The notes under the pieces were generated by a model. That model ran no database searches. It had not been told where the DNA came from and worked only from the letters and a program-made list of their open reading frames with translations. Shown here piece after piece: positions 24,103 through 35,762 of a DNA stretch of 64,000 nucleotides; the first letter of the stretch is position 1; each line of letters begins with the position of its first letter. The position numbers were made by a program, and so were the translations under genes. Source of the DNA: Felis catus. Its lineage: Eukaryota. The DNA lies in assembly GCF_018350175.1 (NCBI RefSeq), contig NC_058368.1:54624001-54688000 (forward strand), given 5' to 3'.

Positions 24103-25030
24103 CTGTGGGAACTATAAGATCCTTCAGGCTGTTCACCAGGAGAGAATGACACAGACACTTATACGCTAGGAAGGAGGGGTTTACAGTCAAGAAAAATGTG
24201 GGGTTAGTTTCAATTTTTCAGGGCACTTGAGACTGGAGAGAGATTGACAAGAGAAGGGCATGCTCACATTTTGACCTACAATTTACTTTCATTCAAGTGA
24301 ACATTAGAGGTCACATTTCTCACGTTTAGGTGGGACAAAACAGTAAAATCAACTTCATGGATGTAATCCTGAAAGATGTTAGTCTTGTGTTGCAGAAGGT
24401 ATACTCCTCACTTCTGTGGGGGCCTAGGAACTGTTTGACACCAGAGATAATTAGGATGACATGAAAGCAGATGTTGGAACACATATGCCAACCCCAGAAG
24501 TAGCTGGCATCAGGAAGAGCTCAAAGGGTTTGTAAGTTGTTAACCTCCTGGGACAGAAGCAACTGTTTATGGCTAAAAGGTACTCCAAAAAGCCACAAAC
24601 GGGAATTTCCCTTGATAGCTGCTGCTGAAATAATGCATCTTTGGGGACTGAGCACAGACAAGGTGAGGATGTGGGGCACATACTGTTTGATCTGAGGTTC
24701 CTGCGTATCTCACTCAGGTGAGGGGAGCAAACTCAGCCTGATTTGTTCCCTCCCTGTGTAGTGGGAAAGTGCACACCAGGATAAAAGTGTAATAAATTTA
24801 GGGCTCAGGGGAAGATGGAAACCTTGGTCTTGAGGGATATTAGCCCTGCTTATGGCCCTTATAAAACTAAATCTTGAAGCCTAGAGATTTTTTTGTCACT
24901 CATGCTATTAAGAGTCAGAGACTGTGACCTTGGCATCACTCCCAAGAGCAAGAGAAAATGCTTTGCTTCTGGGAAAGCTGGTAAGATAGGTGAGAGGCCA
25001 GGATGAGGCCATAAGCCGATTGTAACCTGG
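24103..25030. mobile_element. Possible ancient LTR, family not identified
   Basis: ~0.9 kb block with higher GC than its flanks, starting tgtggg, with an ataaaac poly(A)-signal-like motif near 24862. Confidence 0.3.
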
Positions 25031-25859
25031 TGATCTGGTGCAAAAGCTAAAGCCCAAAAAAGAAAACTGTGGTTATTGATGGTGGCTACAGAGCAATTTC
25101 TGTCCAGCTTATTTTCTCAGACGTGTGGGTTAAAAAAACACATTCAGAATCTTGAGACACATCTTATTTTATCTAATAATGCATTTTATCCCAAGAACCA
25201 GTATTAGCAATCGTTTCAAGTATCCTCAGAATAAAACTTTTAAGAACTTGAACTATGTCCTAAAAGATTAAGAGGAAGTTGTTCATTCAATTATGTTTCC
25301 AGAGTCCAGTTACACAAATATTGTTTCATTGCTGGATTGCCCAAAGAATTAGCTTTTCAGTTTCAGTGAACAGTATACTGACTGCCCTCAAGGGCATGTT
25401 TTAAATTTTAAAAGTTTTAAATGAAATTTCCTGGAATTGATCAACACATACCAATAGATATTCCCCAAACTGAACACATTTTTCAACAGATTCATTATTT
25501 TTTTCACGTTCTTCTCATCTATGTTCCAAGTCCCCATGGAATGTATCTTTTACAAACGTTGTTGCCTTTGTGAAACCATACTCAAAAGATGAGTAGAGGA
25601 ATTTTAATGCCATAGATCTATTTAAATAGAGTTGTAGTATTTTTTGTTATGACAATATTATAAAACTCTCACAATACAACTAAATACTGTAGTATTTAGT
25701 GGGACAAAAGAGGATGCATCTATAGAAATCTGTTTAAGAACAGATGATGATATTTACCAAAATGAGGAAGAGCTGATGTTATGGCTTCAGGACACCATCA
25801 CATGATGTTGCCCATTATCTGGAAATACTTCTGATAATACTGCGGTTAGACCATGTTCT

Positions 25860-26020
25860 GTATGATTTCATTTTTTTCTTCAATTTGTTGAGGTTTGATT
25901 CATGGCCAAGAATACAGTCTACCTTGTTATATATACCATGGGTGCTTGAAAAGAATGGCTAATGCTGATATTGACTTATTCTATATTCCTCCTGATTTTT
26001 CTTTAGTTATTCTATCTTAA
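25860..26020 (-). mobile_element. Old L1 ORF2 (endonuclease region) fragment
   Basis: aatttgttgaggtttg..tatggccaagaatacagtctaccttg...ccatgggtgcttgaaaagaatg. Confidence 0.65.
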
Positions 26021-26911
26021 GTCCCAGTGATACCACAGTCCTGTGATTTGGAAAAAAAATCTGTCCTTTGAAACTCAAGTTCTTCACCTTTAAAATGGGT
26101 TATACAATGTCTGCTTTTCAGGATTCTTGAGAAAAAACAAATAAATATAAAATATTTGGCATATTACAGAGAGTTCAGATAATTGTACCCTCTACTATTT
26201 TAATTACTGTTATCTGGTAAATAAGGCAATTGACTATCTAGTTTGCAAATGGGGTAATCAGCTCCCATCTGATGTTTGTATATAGTTAGGTATAACCTTG
26301 TCCATTTCTCCCAGGAGTTACTTAAAATTCTGCTAGTGATAACATATTACTGTCTGCAGCAGTCTCAGTTTTGTATTATAAACAGAAAATATAAGAAATG
26401 TCTTTAAGGAAGAACAACTCATAATCAAATTAGGACAGTGTGGACAGAAAACCATAAGAAAAGGCAAAATAATTTGCACGAGTAAAGTACTCTCTCAGAA
26501 ATGTGAGAAGTAATTACTTTCATCATCAGTTCAATTAAAACTAGTATTATGCAGAAACTGGTATTCCAGTTTTCTCTTGAAAGTTGATAAAATTATGAAA
26601 AGAAGATACAGGGCAAGAGATATTACAAATGAAGAAATTACAAAGTATGTAAAGAAAACTAATAATTTTTTTTGGCTGCAGTATATGTAAAATAGAAAGG
26701 TAAAAGGAGGTAAGTTTGAAGTAATATAGCACAGGAATTTTGTCCTTTAATATACTAGGCTACAAAATATGGTCCTAACTAGAAAGGAAAAAAAAGCCAC
26801 AGAAAGTTTGACAGCAGGTGACTTACAGTATTAGTATTGTAACTGATTTGCTTGAAAAGTCAGGAAGAATGAGAATTAACACTATAAATGTGCATGTTTA
26901 ATATAAACAGA

Positions 26912-26914
26912 TAT

Positions 26915-26949
<35 letters not shown>

Positions 26950-27163
26950 TTGAAAATATTTTTTAATGTTTATTTTTGAGAGAGACAGAGACAAAATGCG
27001 AATGGGTTAGGGGCAGAGAGAGAGGGAGACACAGAAACAGAAGCAGGCTCCAGACGCTGAGCTGTCAGCACAGAGTCTGACACGGGGCTCGAACTCACGA
27101 GCTGTGAGATCATGACCTGAGCCAAAGTCAGATGCTCAACCGACTGAGCTACCCAAATGCCCC
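26912..27163 (-). mobile_element. CAN-SINE with (ATTT)n tail
   Basis: Full body; TSD ataaacagat. Confidence 0.95.
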
Positions 27164-29174
27164 TAAAATAAACAGATTTAAAAATGAAATAATTTATAGA
27201 GATGTGATTCTTACCTAATGGTATATAAAATTGATAGCATCTTCTTAAAATGTTCATATTTAGTAACTGCTTTGATATCACCAATTGGCATATCCACTTA
27301 CACACTATAAGGTAATCTAATACCATTTTCTTAATTGCACACTTCTACAAATTGAAAAGTTAAGCGAGACACCTGAAATCATGACTGTTTTGCAGATATG
27401 GAAATGCAAATGAGAATGGTTATTTTCAATTTCTGTATTTGAATCTGTAAACTCTTCTGCTTAACATAACACAATATAACAATTTCTTAAATATTTTATT
27501 CTAAGGTAACTTTACTTACTGTAACTAATATTGGTATGAGTATGAGCATGGCAGAAAAAATCAATTGATGACAGGCCTTCAGGTGCTACGTATATGCACA
27601 GAAAATCGTTTCTTCTTTTTTACAGAGTGTAGTAGTAGAAGAAAGAAGATAAGACTTTGGAAAAAAAGACCCGAGGTAGCAGCTTTGAATTCTGGCTGAC
27701 TCTTATTGTATCTGGCTTTGGGGAGAGCAAATACACTTTTTGACTTCATTTTCCTTACCTTTAAAGTGGGGGAAATTAATACCGGCTCTCAAAGTAAGTG
27801 TGGATATCAAGAAAGAACGTGTTATAAAACGTATGGCAATATGTATTCTGCTATTTTTATTATTGCTAGTTAGTTCTCTACATTATTTTTGCAAACATTT
27901 TTGCTATAAATGAATTTCGTCTGTACCACATTCTTAATACAAATTCTGTTTAGAAAAGTATATTTCTGGGTTGCCTGCTACTCAGAAGTCTTGTCTAATT
28001 GTTGCCTTTGTTACCCTCTGGTTTATAATTTTGATATGTTTCTCATGCTTTATTTTACCATCATTTTTCTAATAAATGTAATCCATTTTTTGTTTATTCT
28101 TCTACTTTTTAACTTAAATGAGGATTTTTTAACTTACATGGGGTCAGACCAACTTGCTCTGACCAACAAATTGATGATCCTCTCCTGCTATTTAAAATTA
28201 TTATTAGAAAATGATGCACATTTTCCAGATGTAAACAGCTTTCCTAAGTTTAAACCAGGAATCTGAGGCTCTATGGGACATTTAAAAATCCAAGCTAATA
28301 ACCTCATTCATCACATATTGGGAACTGTGCAAGAAGGACACAGGCAAAACCTTAGTTCTGAAATTAATTTCCCAATTCACCACTCCCATCTGCTATAATC
28401 TTTTTTAATCCTCTTTGCTTTTCTTATGGCTGTTTTGATTTTCTATCCTTTCTTTATCCTTGATTCTTGGCTGCATTTTCCCAGCAATGAAACTCGCTCA
28501 GGTCTACAATGATTTGGATTTCCTTTCTCACTATTCTTTCATGTCTTCTTGTCTGCAGCAGACAGCTTTGGACCACGGTGGTCATAGAACACGCAGGTCC
28601 CAGCAATGCACCTTACACAAAGCACTGTTAATAGGCTTATCTTAGTCACAAGAACAGTGACTACATAAATACAAAACTATGGTGTCATATACTTTCTCTT
28701 TCATTCATGTATCGGTGTTATGATGATGCTCTGTTGTTGGCCATACTACCAAGATGCAGTTTTTCTTACTTGTCCTTTATGGTATTTAACCCATCCTAAA
28801 TTTAGAAATTAAGTTCTTTTTTTCTGCAATATACTGGAATATCTCTGATAGAAGTGCTTACGTTTGAAGTAACGTAAAATGTGCCTGCATCAAAGTCCAA
28901 TTTTATTATGTGGAAGCAGTAAATCTGCTTTACCTACAAGTTACTGCTTCAACATGATGTGAGTTTGCTATTTTATACTTGAGAAATAATGAAGCTCTAT
29001 GTTTTTGCCTAATATAATAATTCTAAATAGGCATTGCAGAAAATCTAAATTGTGTAATAAACTTAGCACTCTTTATTATATTTGTTCATTTATCATGATG
29101 ATCATTTATTACTCTTTCACTGATTGCTGTGCTTTGAAAATCTCAGTAGGATCTTTGAGTGATCTGAGTTATGG

Positions 29175-29400
29175 TTTAAATAATAATGATACCATACATT
29201 TATACTGCTTTACAGTCCATAAAACATTTTCAGATACATTATCTAATTTTATTTGATGCTCAGGACAACACTGCCAGAAAACAGGGTCAATGTATCTATG
29301 TTAGATAGAAAAAAATTGAAACTCACAGATAATAATTTCCCCCAAACTCACTCAGTTAAACATTAGATGCCCCCTATTTACTTCATAATCTGAGGTGGCT
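29175..29400 (-). mobile_element. MIR-family relic (overlaps the donor of the inverted insertion)
   Basis: catttatactgctttacagt..ataaaacattttcagatacattatct...ttgatgctcaggacaacactg...aaattgaaactcacag. Confidence 0.6.
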
Positions 29401-30090
29401 ATAGTGAAGCTTCATTTTGTTCTCAGTGCCCAGTAAAAGAGGTAAGAACATTAGGACTCCCAGCATGGTTTTATGCCCATATTTTTCAGTATATCTAAAA
29501 CTTAACTATTCAAGACCTAGAACAAATTCTTCCTCTCCTATGATCTCCCCTATTATTTCAGTTTGAGTAAATTTTCTGTCCAATGACTTATTTCCAACAT
29601 TTAAAGTTATAGTAACTATTTAAACTAACTTCTATTACTTACTCCATAACTTCTTTATTTCTCAAATTCATTTTTTTAAGTTTTTATTTAAATTCCAGTT
29701 AGTTAACATAGAGCAAATATTAGTTACATGTGCACAATGTAGTGACTCAACACTTCTCTACAACACTTGGTGCTTGTCAAAGCAAGTGCACTCCTTAATC
29801 CCCATCACCTATTTAACCCGTCCCTACAACCCACCTCCACTCTGGTAACCATCAGTCTGTTCTCTATAGTTAAGAGTCTTTTTTCTTGGTTTGCCTTTCT
29901 CTCTCTTTTTTTCATTTGCTCCTTTGTTTGGTTTCTTAAATTCCATATATGGGTGAAATCATTTGGTATTTGTCTTTCTCTGACTTATTTTGCTTAGCAT
30001 AACACTCTCTAGTTCCATCCACATCATTGCAAATGGCAAGATTTCATTCCTTTTTATGGTTAATATTCCATTGTGTGCGTGTGTGTATGT

Positions 30091-30267
30091 ATACATACAT
30101 TGGCCCTCTTTTCTGGCAGTGCTGTCCTGAGCATCAAATAAAATTAGATAATGTATCTGAAAATGTTTTATGGACTGTAAAGCAATATAAATGTATGGTA
30201 TCATTATTATTTAAACCATAACGCAGATCACTCAAAGATCCTACTGACATTTTCAAAGCACAGCAAT
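30091..30267 (-). repeat. 177-bp inverted duplicate of 29123-29299 inserted in the L1 microsatellite
   Basis: Ungapped reverse-complement alignment by eye: 170/177 identical. Confidence 0.97.
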
Positions 30268-30314
30268 ATACATGTATATATATTTCAAAGCACATTATAT
30301 ATATTTATATACTA

Positions 30315-30348
<34 letters not shown>

Positions 30349-33300
30349 CACTTTTTCTTTATCCATTCATCAGTCAATGGACATTTGGACTCTTTCCATA
30401 ATTTTACTATTGTTGATAATTCTGCTATAAACATTGGGATGCATGTATTCCTTTGAATCAGTATTTTTGTATCCTTTGGGTGACTACTTAGCTGTGCAAT
30501 TGCTGGATCATTGGGTAGTTTTATTTTTAATTTTTTGAGGAACATCCATAGTCTTTTCCAGAGCGGCTACACCAGTTTGCATTCTCACTGACATTATAAG
30601 AAGGTTCCCCTTTTCCCACATCATCTCCAAGACCTGTTGTTTTTTGTGTTGCTAATTTTAGCTGTTCTGACTGGTGTGAGGTGGTATCTTATTGTAGTTT
30701 TGATTTGTATTTCCCTGACGAGAGATGTCAAGCATCTTTCAGTCTGCTGGCCATCTGTATGTCTTCTTTGGAAAATGTCTATTCATGTCTTCTGCTCATT
30801 TTTTAACTATCATTTGTTTTTTGGGTGTTGAGTTTTATAAGTTCTTCATATATTTTCAATACTAACACTTTATCAGATACGTCATATGCAAATATCTTCT
30901 CCCATTCCAAAAGCTGCCTTTAAGGTTTGTTGATTGTTTCCTTCACTGAGCATCAGATTTTTATTTTGATAAATTCCCAATATTTTTGCATTTGTTTCAC
31001 TTGCCTCAGGAGACTGATCTAAAAAGAAGTTGCTATGGCTGATGTCAAAGAGATTACGGCTTATGTCCCTCCCTAGGATTTTGATTATTTCCTATCTCAC
31101 ATTTTGGTATTTCATCCATTTTGAATTTATTTTTATGTATGGTGTAAGAAAGCGGTCCAATTTCATTCTTTTGCATGTAGCTGTCCAGTTTTCCCAGCAC
31201 CATTTGTTGAAGAGACTGTCATTTTCCCACTGGATATTCTTTCCTTCTTTGTCGAAGATTAATTTACTATTACAGTTGTGGGTTAATTTCTGGGTTTTCT
31301 ATTCTGTTCCATTGATCTTTGTGTCTGTTTTTGTGCCAGGACCATACTGTCTTGATGACTACAGCTTTGTAATATAAGTTGAAGTGCATATTTGTGATGC
31401 TTCCAGCTTTGCTTTTCTTTTTCAAGGTTGCTTTGGCTATTTGGAGTTTTTTTGTGGTTCCCTACAAATTTTTGGATCTTTTGTCCCAGATCTCTGAAAA
31501 ATACTGGTGGTATTTTGATAGGGATTGCATTAAATGTGTAGATTGCTTTGGGTAGTATAGACATATTAACAAAATTTGTTCTTCCAATCCATGAGGATGG
31601 AATGTTTTTCCATTTCTTTTTGTCACCTTCAATATCTTTCATCAGTGTTCTTTAGTTTTCTCATGTCATGTCATCCACAAATAGTGAAAGTTTTATTTCT
31701 TCCTTGCTAATTTGGTTTTTTTTACTTCTTTTTGTTGTCTGATTGCTGTAGCTAATACTTCCAGTGCTATGTTAAATAACAGTAGTGAGTGAATATCCCT
31801 GTCTTGTTCCTCACTATGGGGGAAAACTTATAAGCTTTTCCCCATTGAGGATGATATTAGCTGTGGGTTTTCTTTCATATATGGCCTTATTGTGGTGAGG
31901 TACTTTATTGAGAGTTTTTACTACGAATGAATGTGGTACTTTGTCAGACGCTTTTTCTGCATTATAAGGATCATGTGGTCCTTATCCTTTCTTTTATTAA
32001 TGTGGGGTATCACATGGATTGATTTGGGAATATTGAACTACATTCCTACCCAGGAATAAATCCCATGTGATCCTGGTGGATGATTTTTTTAATGCATTTT
32101 TGGATTCAGTTCATAATATTTATATTGAGAATTTTTACAACCATGTTCATTTGGGATATTGGCCTGTAGTTCTCTTTTTTTAATGGAGTCTTTATCTGGT
32201 TTTGGTATCAGGGTAATGCTGGCCTCACTGAAGTAATTTGGAAGTTTTCTTTCCTTTTCTATTTTTTAGAAACAGTTTGAGAAGAATAGGTAAAAAAAAC
32301 TCTTCCATAAATGTTTGGTAGAATTTCCCTTGGAGCTATCTGGCCCTGGTCTTTTGTTTGTTGGGAGTTTTTGATTACTGATTCAATATCTTTGCTGGCT
32401 ATGGGCCTGTTCAAGTTTTCTTCCTATTTTGGTTTTGGTAGTTCATATATTTTTAGGAATTTACCCATTTCCTTGTGGTTGACTTCTAGGTTCATAGTGT
32501 TGTGGTCAGAAAGGGTGCATGATATATTTCAATCTTTTTTTTTTATTCCTTAAGGCTTTTTTGTGACCTATTATGTGATCTATTCTGGAGAATGCTTCAT
32601 GTGCACTTGAAAAGAATGTGCATTCTGGCTGTTTTTGGATGAAATGTTCTGAATGTATGTATCTTTGAAGTTCATCTGGACTTGTGCCATTCAAAGCCAT
32701 TATTTCCTTATTTATTTTCTGTTTTGACCATCTGTCTATTGATGTAAGTGGGGTGTTAAAGTCTCCTACTATTATTGTGTTATTTTCAATTAGTTCCTTT
32801 ATGTTTGTTATTAATTGTTTTATATATTTGGGCACTCTCATGTTAGATGCATAAATATTTATAATTGTTATATCTCCTAGTTGGATTGTCCCTTTTATGC
32901 CTTTCTGTGTCTCGTCTTACAGTCTTTGTTTTAAAGACTTGTTTTTCCAATAGAAGTATTGCTACTCCAGCTTTCTTTTCACATTCTCTTGCATGACAAA
33001 TGTTTCTCCACCCCCCTTCACTTTCAATCTTCAGGTGTCTTTGGATCTAAATGAGTCTCTTATAGGCAGCATATAGATGGGTCTTGTTTTTCTATCCATT
33101 CTGATACCTCATGTCTTTTGATTGGAGCATTTAGTTAATTTACATTCAAAGTAATTATTGATAGATATGTATTTATTGCCATTTTATTACTAGTTTTGTT
33201 TTTGGTTCTGGGGATTTCTCTGATCATTCTTGTCTTTGTCACTTTTGGTGTCTCCTTTGCACTCAGAGTCCCCTATATTTTTTTCAGAGCTAGTTTAGTG

Positions 33301-34894
33301 GTCACCAACTCCTTTAGTTTTTGTTTGTCTGGGAAATTCTTATATTTCCCTCTATTCTGAATGACAGCCTTGCTAGATAGAGTATTCTTAGCTGCAGATT
33401 TTTCCCATTAACTTATTTCATTATATCATGCCACCCCCTTCTGGCTTGATAAGTTTCTGTTGAGAAATTTCCAGTAGCCTTATGGGTCTTCCCTTGTAAG
33501 TTAAGGACTTCTTTTGTCCTGTTGCTTTCAAGATTTTTTCCTTTTTCACTGCATTTTGCAAATGTAATTACAATATGTCTTGGTGTTGGCTTGCTTTTGT
33601 TGATTTTGATGGGAGTTCTCTGTGCCTCCTGGACTAGATATCCTTTCCCTTCCTCGGATTAGGGAAGTTTTCTGCTGTTATTTCTTGAAATAAATTTTCT
33701 GCTCCCTTTCTCTTCTTCTGGGACTTCTATGATAAGAATGCTATTATGTTTTATGAGGTCTCTGTGTTCCCTAAGTCTATTCTTGCCTTGCATAATTCTT
33801 TCTCCTTTGTGTTCAGCTTCATTATTTTGTCTTCTAGATCACTAATCATTTCTCTGATTCTTCCAGCCTCCTGTTCATTGCATCAAGCCTGTTTCCAATC
33901 TCATTTACTGAATTCTTCATCTCTGATTATTTTTAACTCTTATCTCTGTGGTAGGGGTCTCACTGATGTTTTCTATTCTCTTCTCAAGCCCAGTATGTAT
34001 CCTTATGATCATTGCTTTAAATTCTCCATCAGTCATGTTACTTATATCTGTTTTGTTAGATTTCTGGCTGTGGCCTTATCTTGTTCTTTCATTTGGGATA
34101 AATTTCTCTGCCTTGGCATTTTTTATAAGTCCCTGTCTTCTTCTGTGTGTTAGAAAGTCAGTTATGTCTCCTGCTCCTGAAAGTAATGTTGTTATGAAGA
34201 AGAGATCATTTAGTTTACAGGGCCTGGTGCTTTAGGGAGTGTCTCCAGTGTGTGCTGTTTGTGCTCTGCTGTTGTGTTAAGCCTGCTTTATCCTTCAGGC
34301 CAGTCTGCAGAGATTCCCCTTGCCTGCTGTGGGAAGTGTTTGGTCCCTGCCTGAATGTGGTGAGTTTTAACTATGTGTGTTCTGGTCCACTTGTGAAATG
34401 AGACCTGAGACCAACTCCACCAGAATTGAGGCCCTGCAGAACTCTGGTTGGGAGACCTGGTGTGGGCAGGGGTTTGGACTCGTCTTCAGGAGGAGGGGCT
34501 TGCTACAATGGGCCTGGGGCAAACTTAACTCAGAGGCACAGTCCCACCAGAGCACAGGGGGTAGGACTTGGTGTAAGCAAGTTAGGCAGGCATTGTTGAC
34601 CCTGAGCTGCTTTCTGCAAGTGGCTCTGTGTTTATGCTGAAGGGTGGTGGGGGAAATGGCAAGAGCCAGTTCCTTTGTCCCCAGAGACGCACCTTGGGTG
34701 AATGCTGCCTCTAAGTGACACACTCTGAGAAGAGCAAAGGATCTCCCTGCTGTGTGCTGCAGGAGTTCTTCAGATCACAGTTTCCACACTTCTGCCCCTT
34801 GGGGTTGTTTGCCTGCCCTCTCTCCAGGAGCAACACAGTGCCTTCTGGGCTCTATTCCAGCCAAGTCCACTGGACTTTAAAACTCCAGGCTTTA

Positions 34895-35079
34895 GGGGTG
34901 CCTGGGTGGCTCAGCTGGTTAAGTGCCTGACTGGATTTCAGCTCTGGTCATGATCTCATGGTTTGTGAGTTCAAGCCTCTGCACTGGCAGTGTGAAGCCT
35001 GCTTGTGATTCTCTCTGTCCCTTTCCTGCTCTCACTCTCTCTCAAAATAAATAAACTTAACAGCAACAACAACAACAAC
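34895..35079 (+). mobile_element. CAN-SINE (first of tandem pair) in L1 5' UTR
   Basis: ggggtgcctgggtggctcagctggttaag head; (CAA)n tail. Confidence 0.93.
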
Positions 35080-35093
35080 AACTCCATGCCTCA

Positions 35094-35294
35094 GAGGTGC
35101 CTGGATGGCTCAGTCCCTTGAGTGTCCAATTCTTAATTTAGGCTCAGGTCAACGTCTCATGGTCGTGTAATATAGCCCCACATTGGATTTTGTGCTGATT
35201 GTGAGGGCCTGCTTGGGATTCTCTTTTTCTTCCTCTGCCCTTCCCCTGCTCCTGCTCTCTCTCTCTCTCAAAAACAAAACAAAACAAAGCAAAT
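35094..35294 (+). mobile_element. CAN-SINE (second of tandem pair) in L1 5' UTR
   Basis: gaggtgcctggatggctcagtc head; (AAAAC)n tail. Confidence 0.92.
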
Positions 35295-35665
35295 AACTCT
35301 AGGCTTTAAGTCTTATTGGTTGCAAGAACTCACAAAACTCAGTCCCTCTCATTTTTTAAGCCAATGACTTTGGGGAAATGTTCTCCTTGTGTGTTCACTT
35401 GGGTGGTCCTCTCTCTATTGCCCTTCATTGTGACTACAGCTCCCTCCCCTCTGCATCACCTTTCTCCCCTAAATCACATCTCTGCACTTTCTACCTTCTT
35501 AATGTGACCTCTTTTCTCCCTTTAGTTGTGGAGTTTGTTCTGTTAGTCTTCAGGTCAATTTGGGGGGGGGGGTATTTAGGATGATTTGATAGTTATCTAC
35601 CTGTGTTCATGGGATGAGAGGAACCTAGGGTCCTCCTGCTCCACCACCATCTTTCTCTCTTCTCC

Positions 35666-35762
35666 TTCACTGTCGTTTTGATTTGCATTTCCCTGATGAT
35701 CAGTGATGCTGAACATCTTTTCAGGTGTCTATTCTCCATGTGTATGTCTTTTTTGGAGAAAT
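35666..35762 (-). mobile_element. Short L1 ORF2 3' fragment
   Basis: gttttgatttgcatttccctgatgatcagtgatgctgaacatcttttc...gtatgtcttttttggagaaat. Confidence 0.85.

Larger units (their letters stand above)
29671..35660 (-). mobile_element. Near full-length carnivore L1 with internal deletions, two nested SINEs and a templated insertion
   Basis: Poly-T tail and 3'UTR at 29671. ORF2 peptides: [52 protein letters not shown]; endonuclease IIVGDFNTPLTSIDR..FFSSAHEAFSRIDHI. ORF1-like region ~33300-34150. 5' terminus aagatggtggtggagcaggaggacc near 35653. Apparent deletions near 31660 and 32473. Confidence 0.93.

Noticed and set aside
29123..30267. 177-bp inverted repeats as terminal inverted repeats of a DNA transposon
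   Set aside because: One arm overlaps an ancient MIR relic and the other lies inside an L1 microsatellite; there is no flanking TSD, and the interior is ordinary flank plus L1 3' UTR.
30091..30267. The insert as an L1 3' transduction
   Set aside because: It lies inside the L1 upstream of the poly-A, is antisense to L1 read-through and has no poly-A tail of its own.
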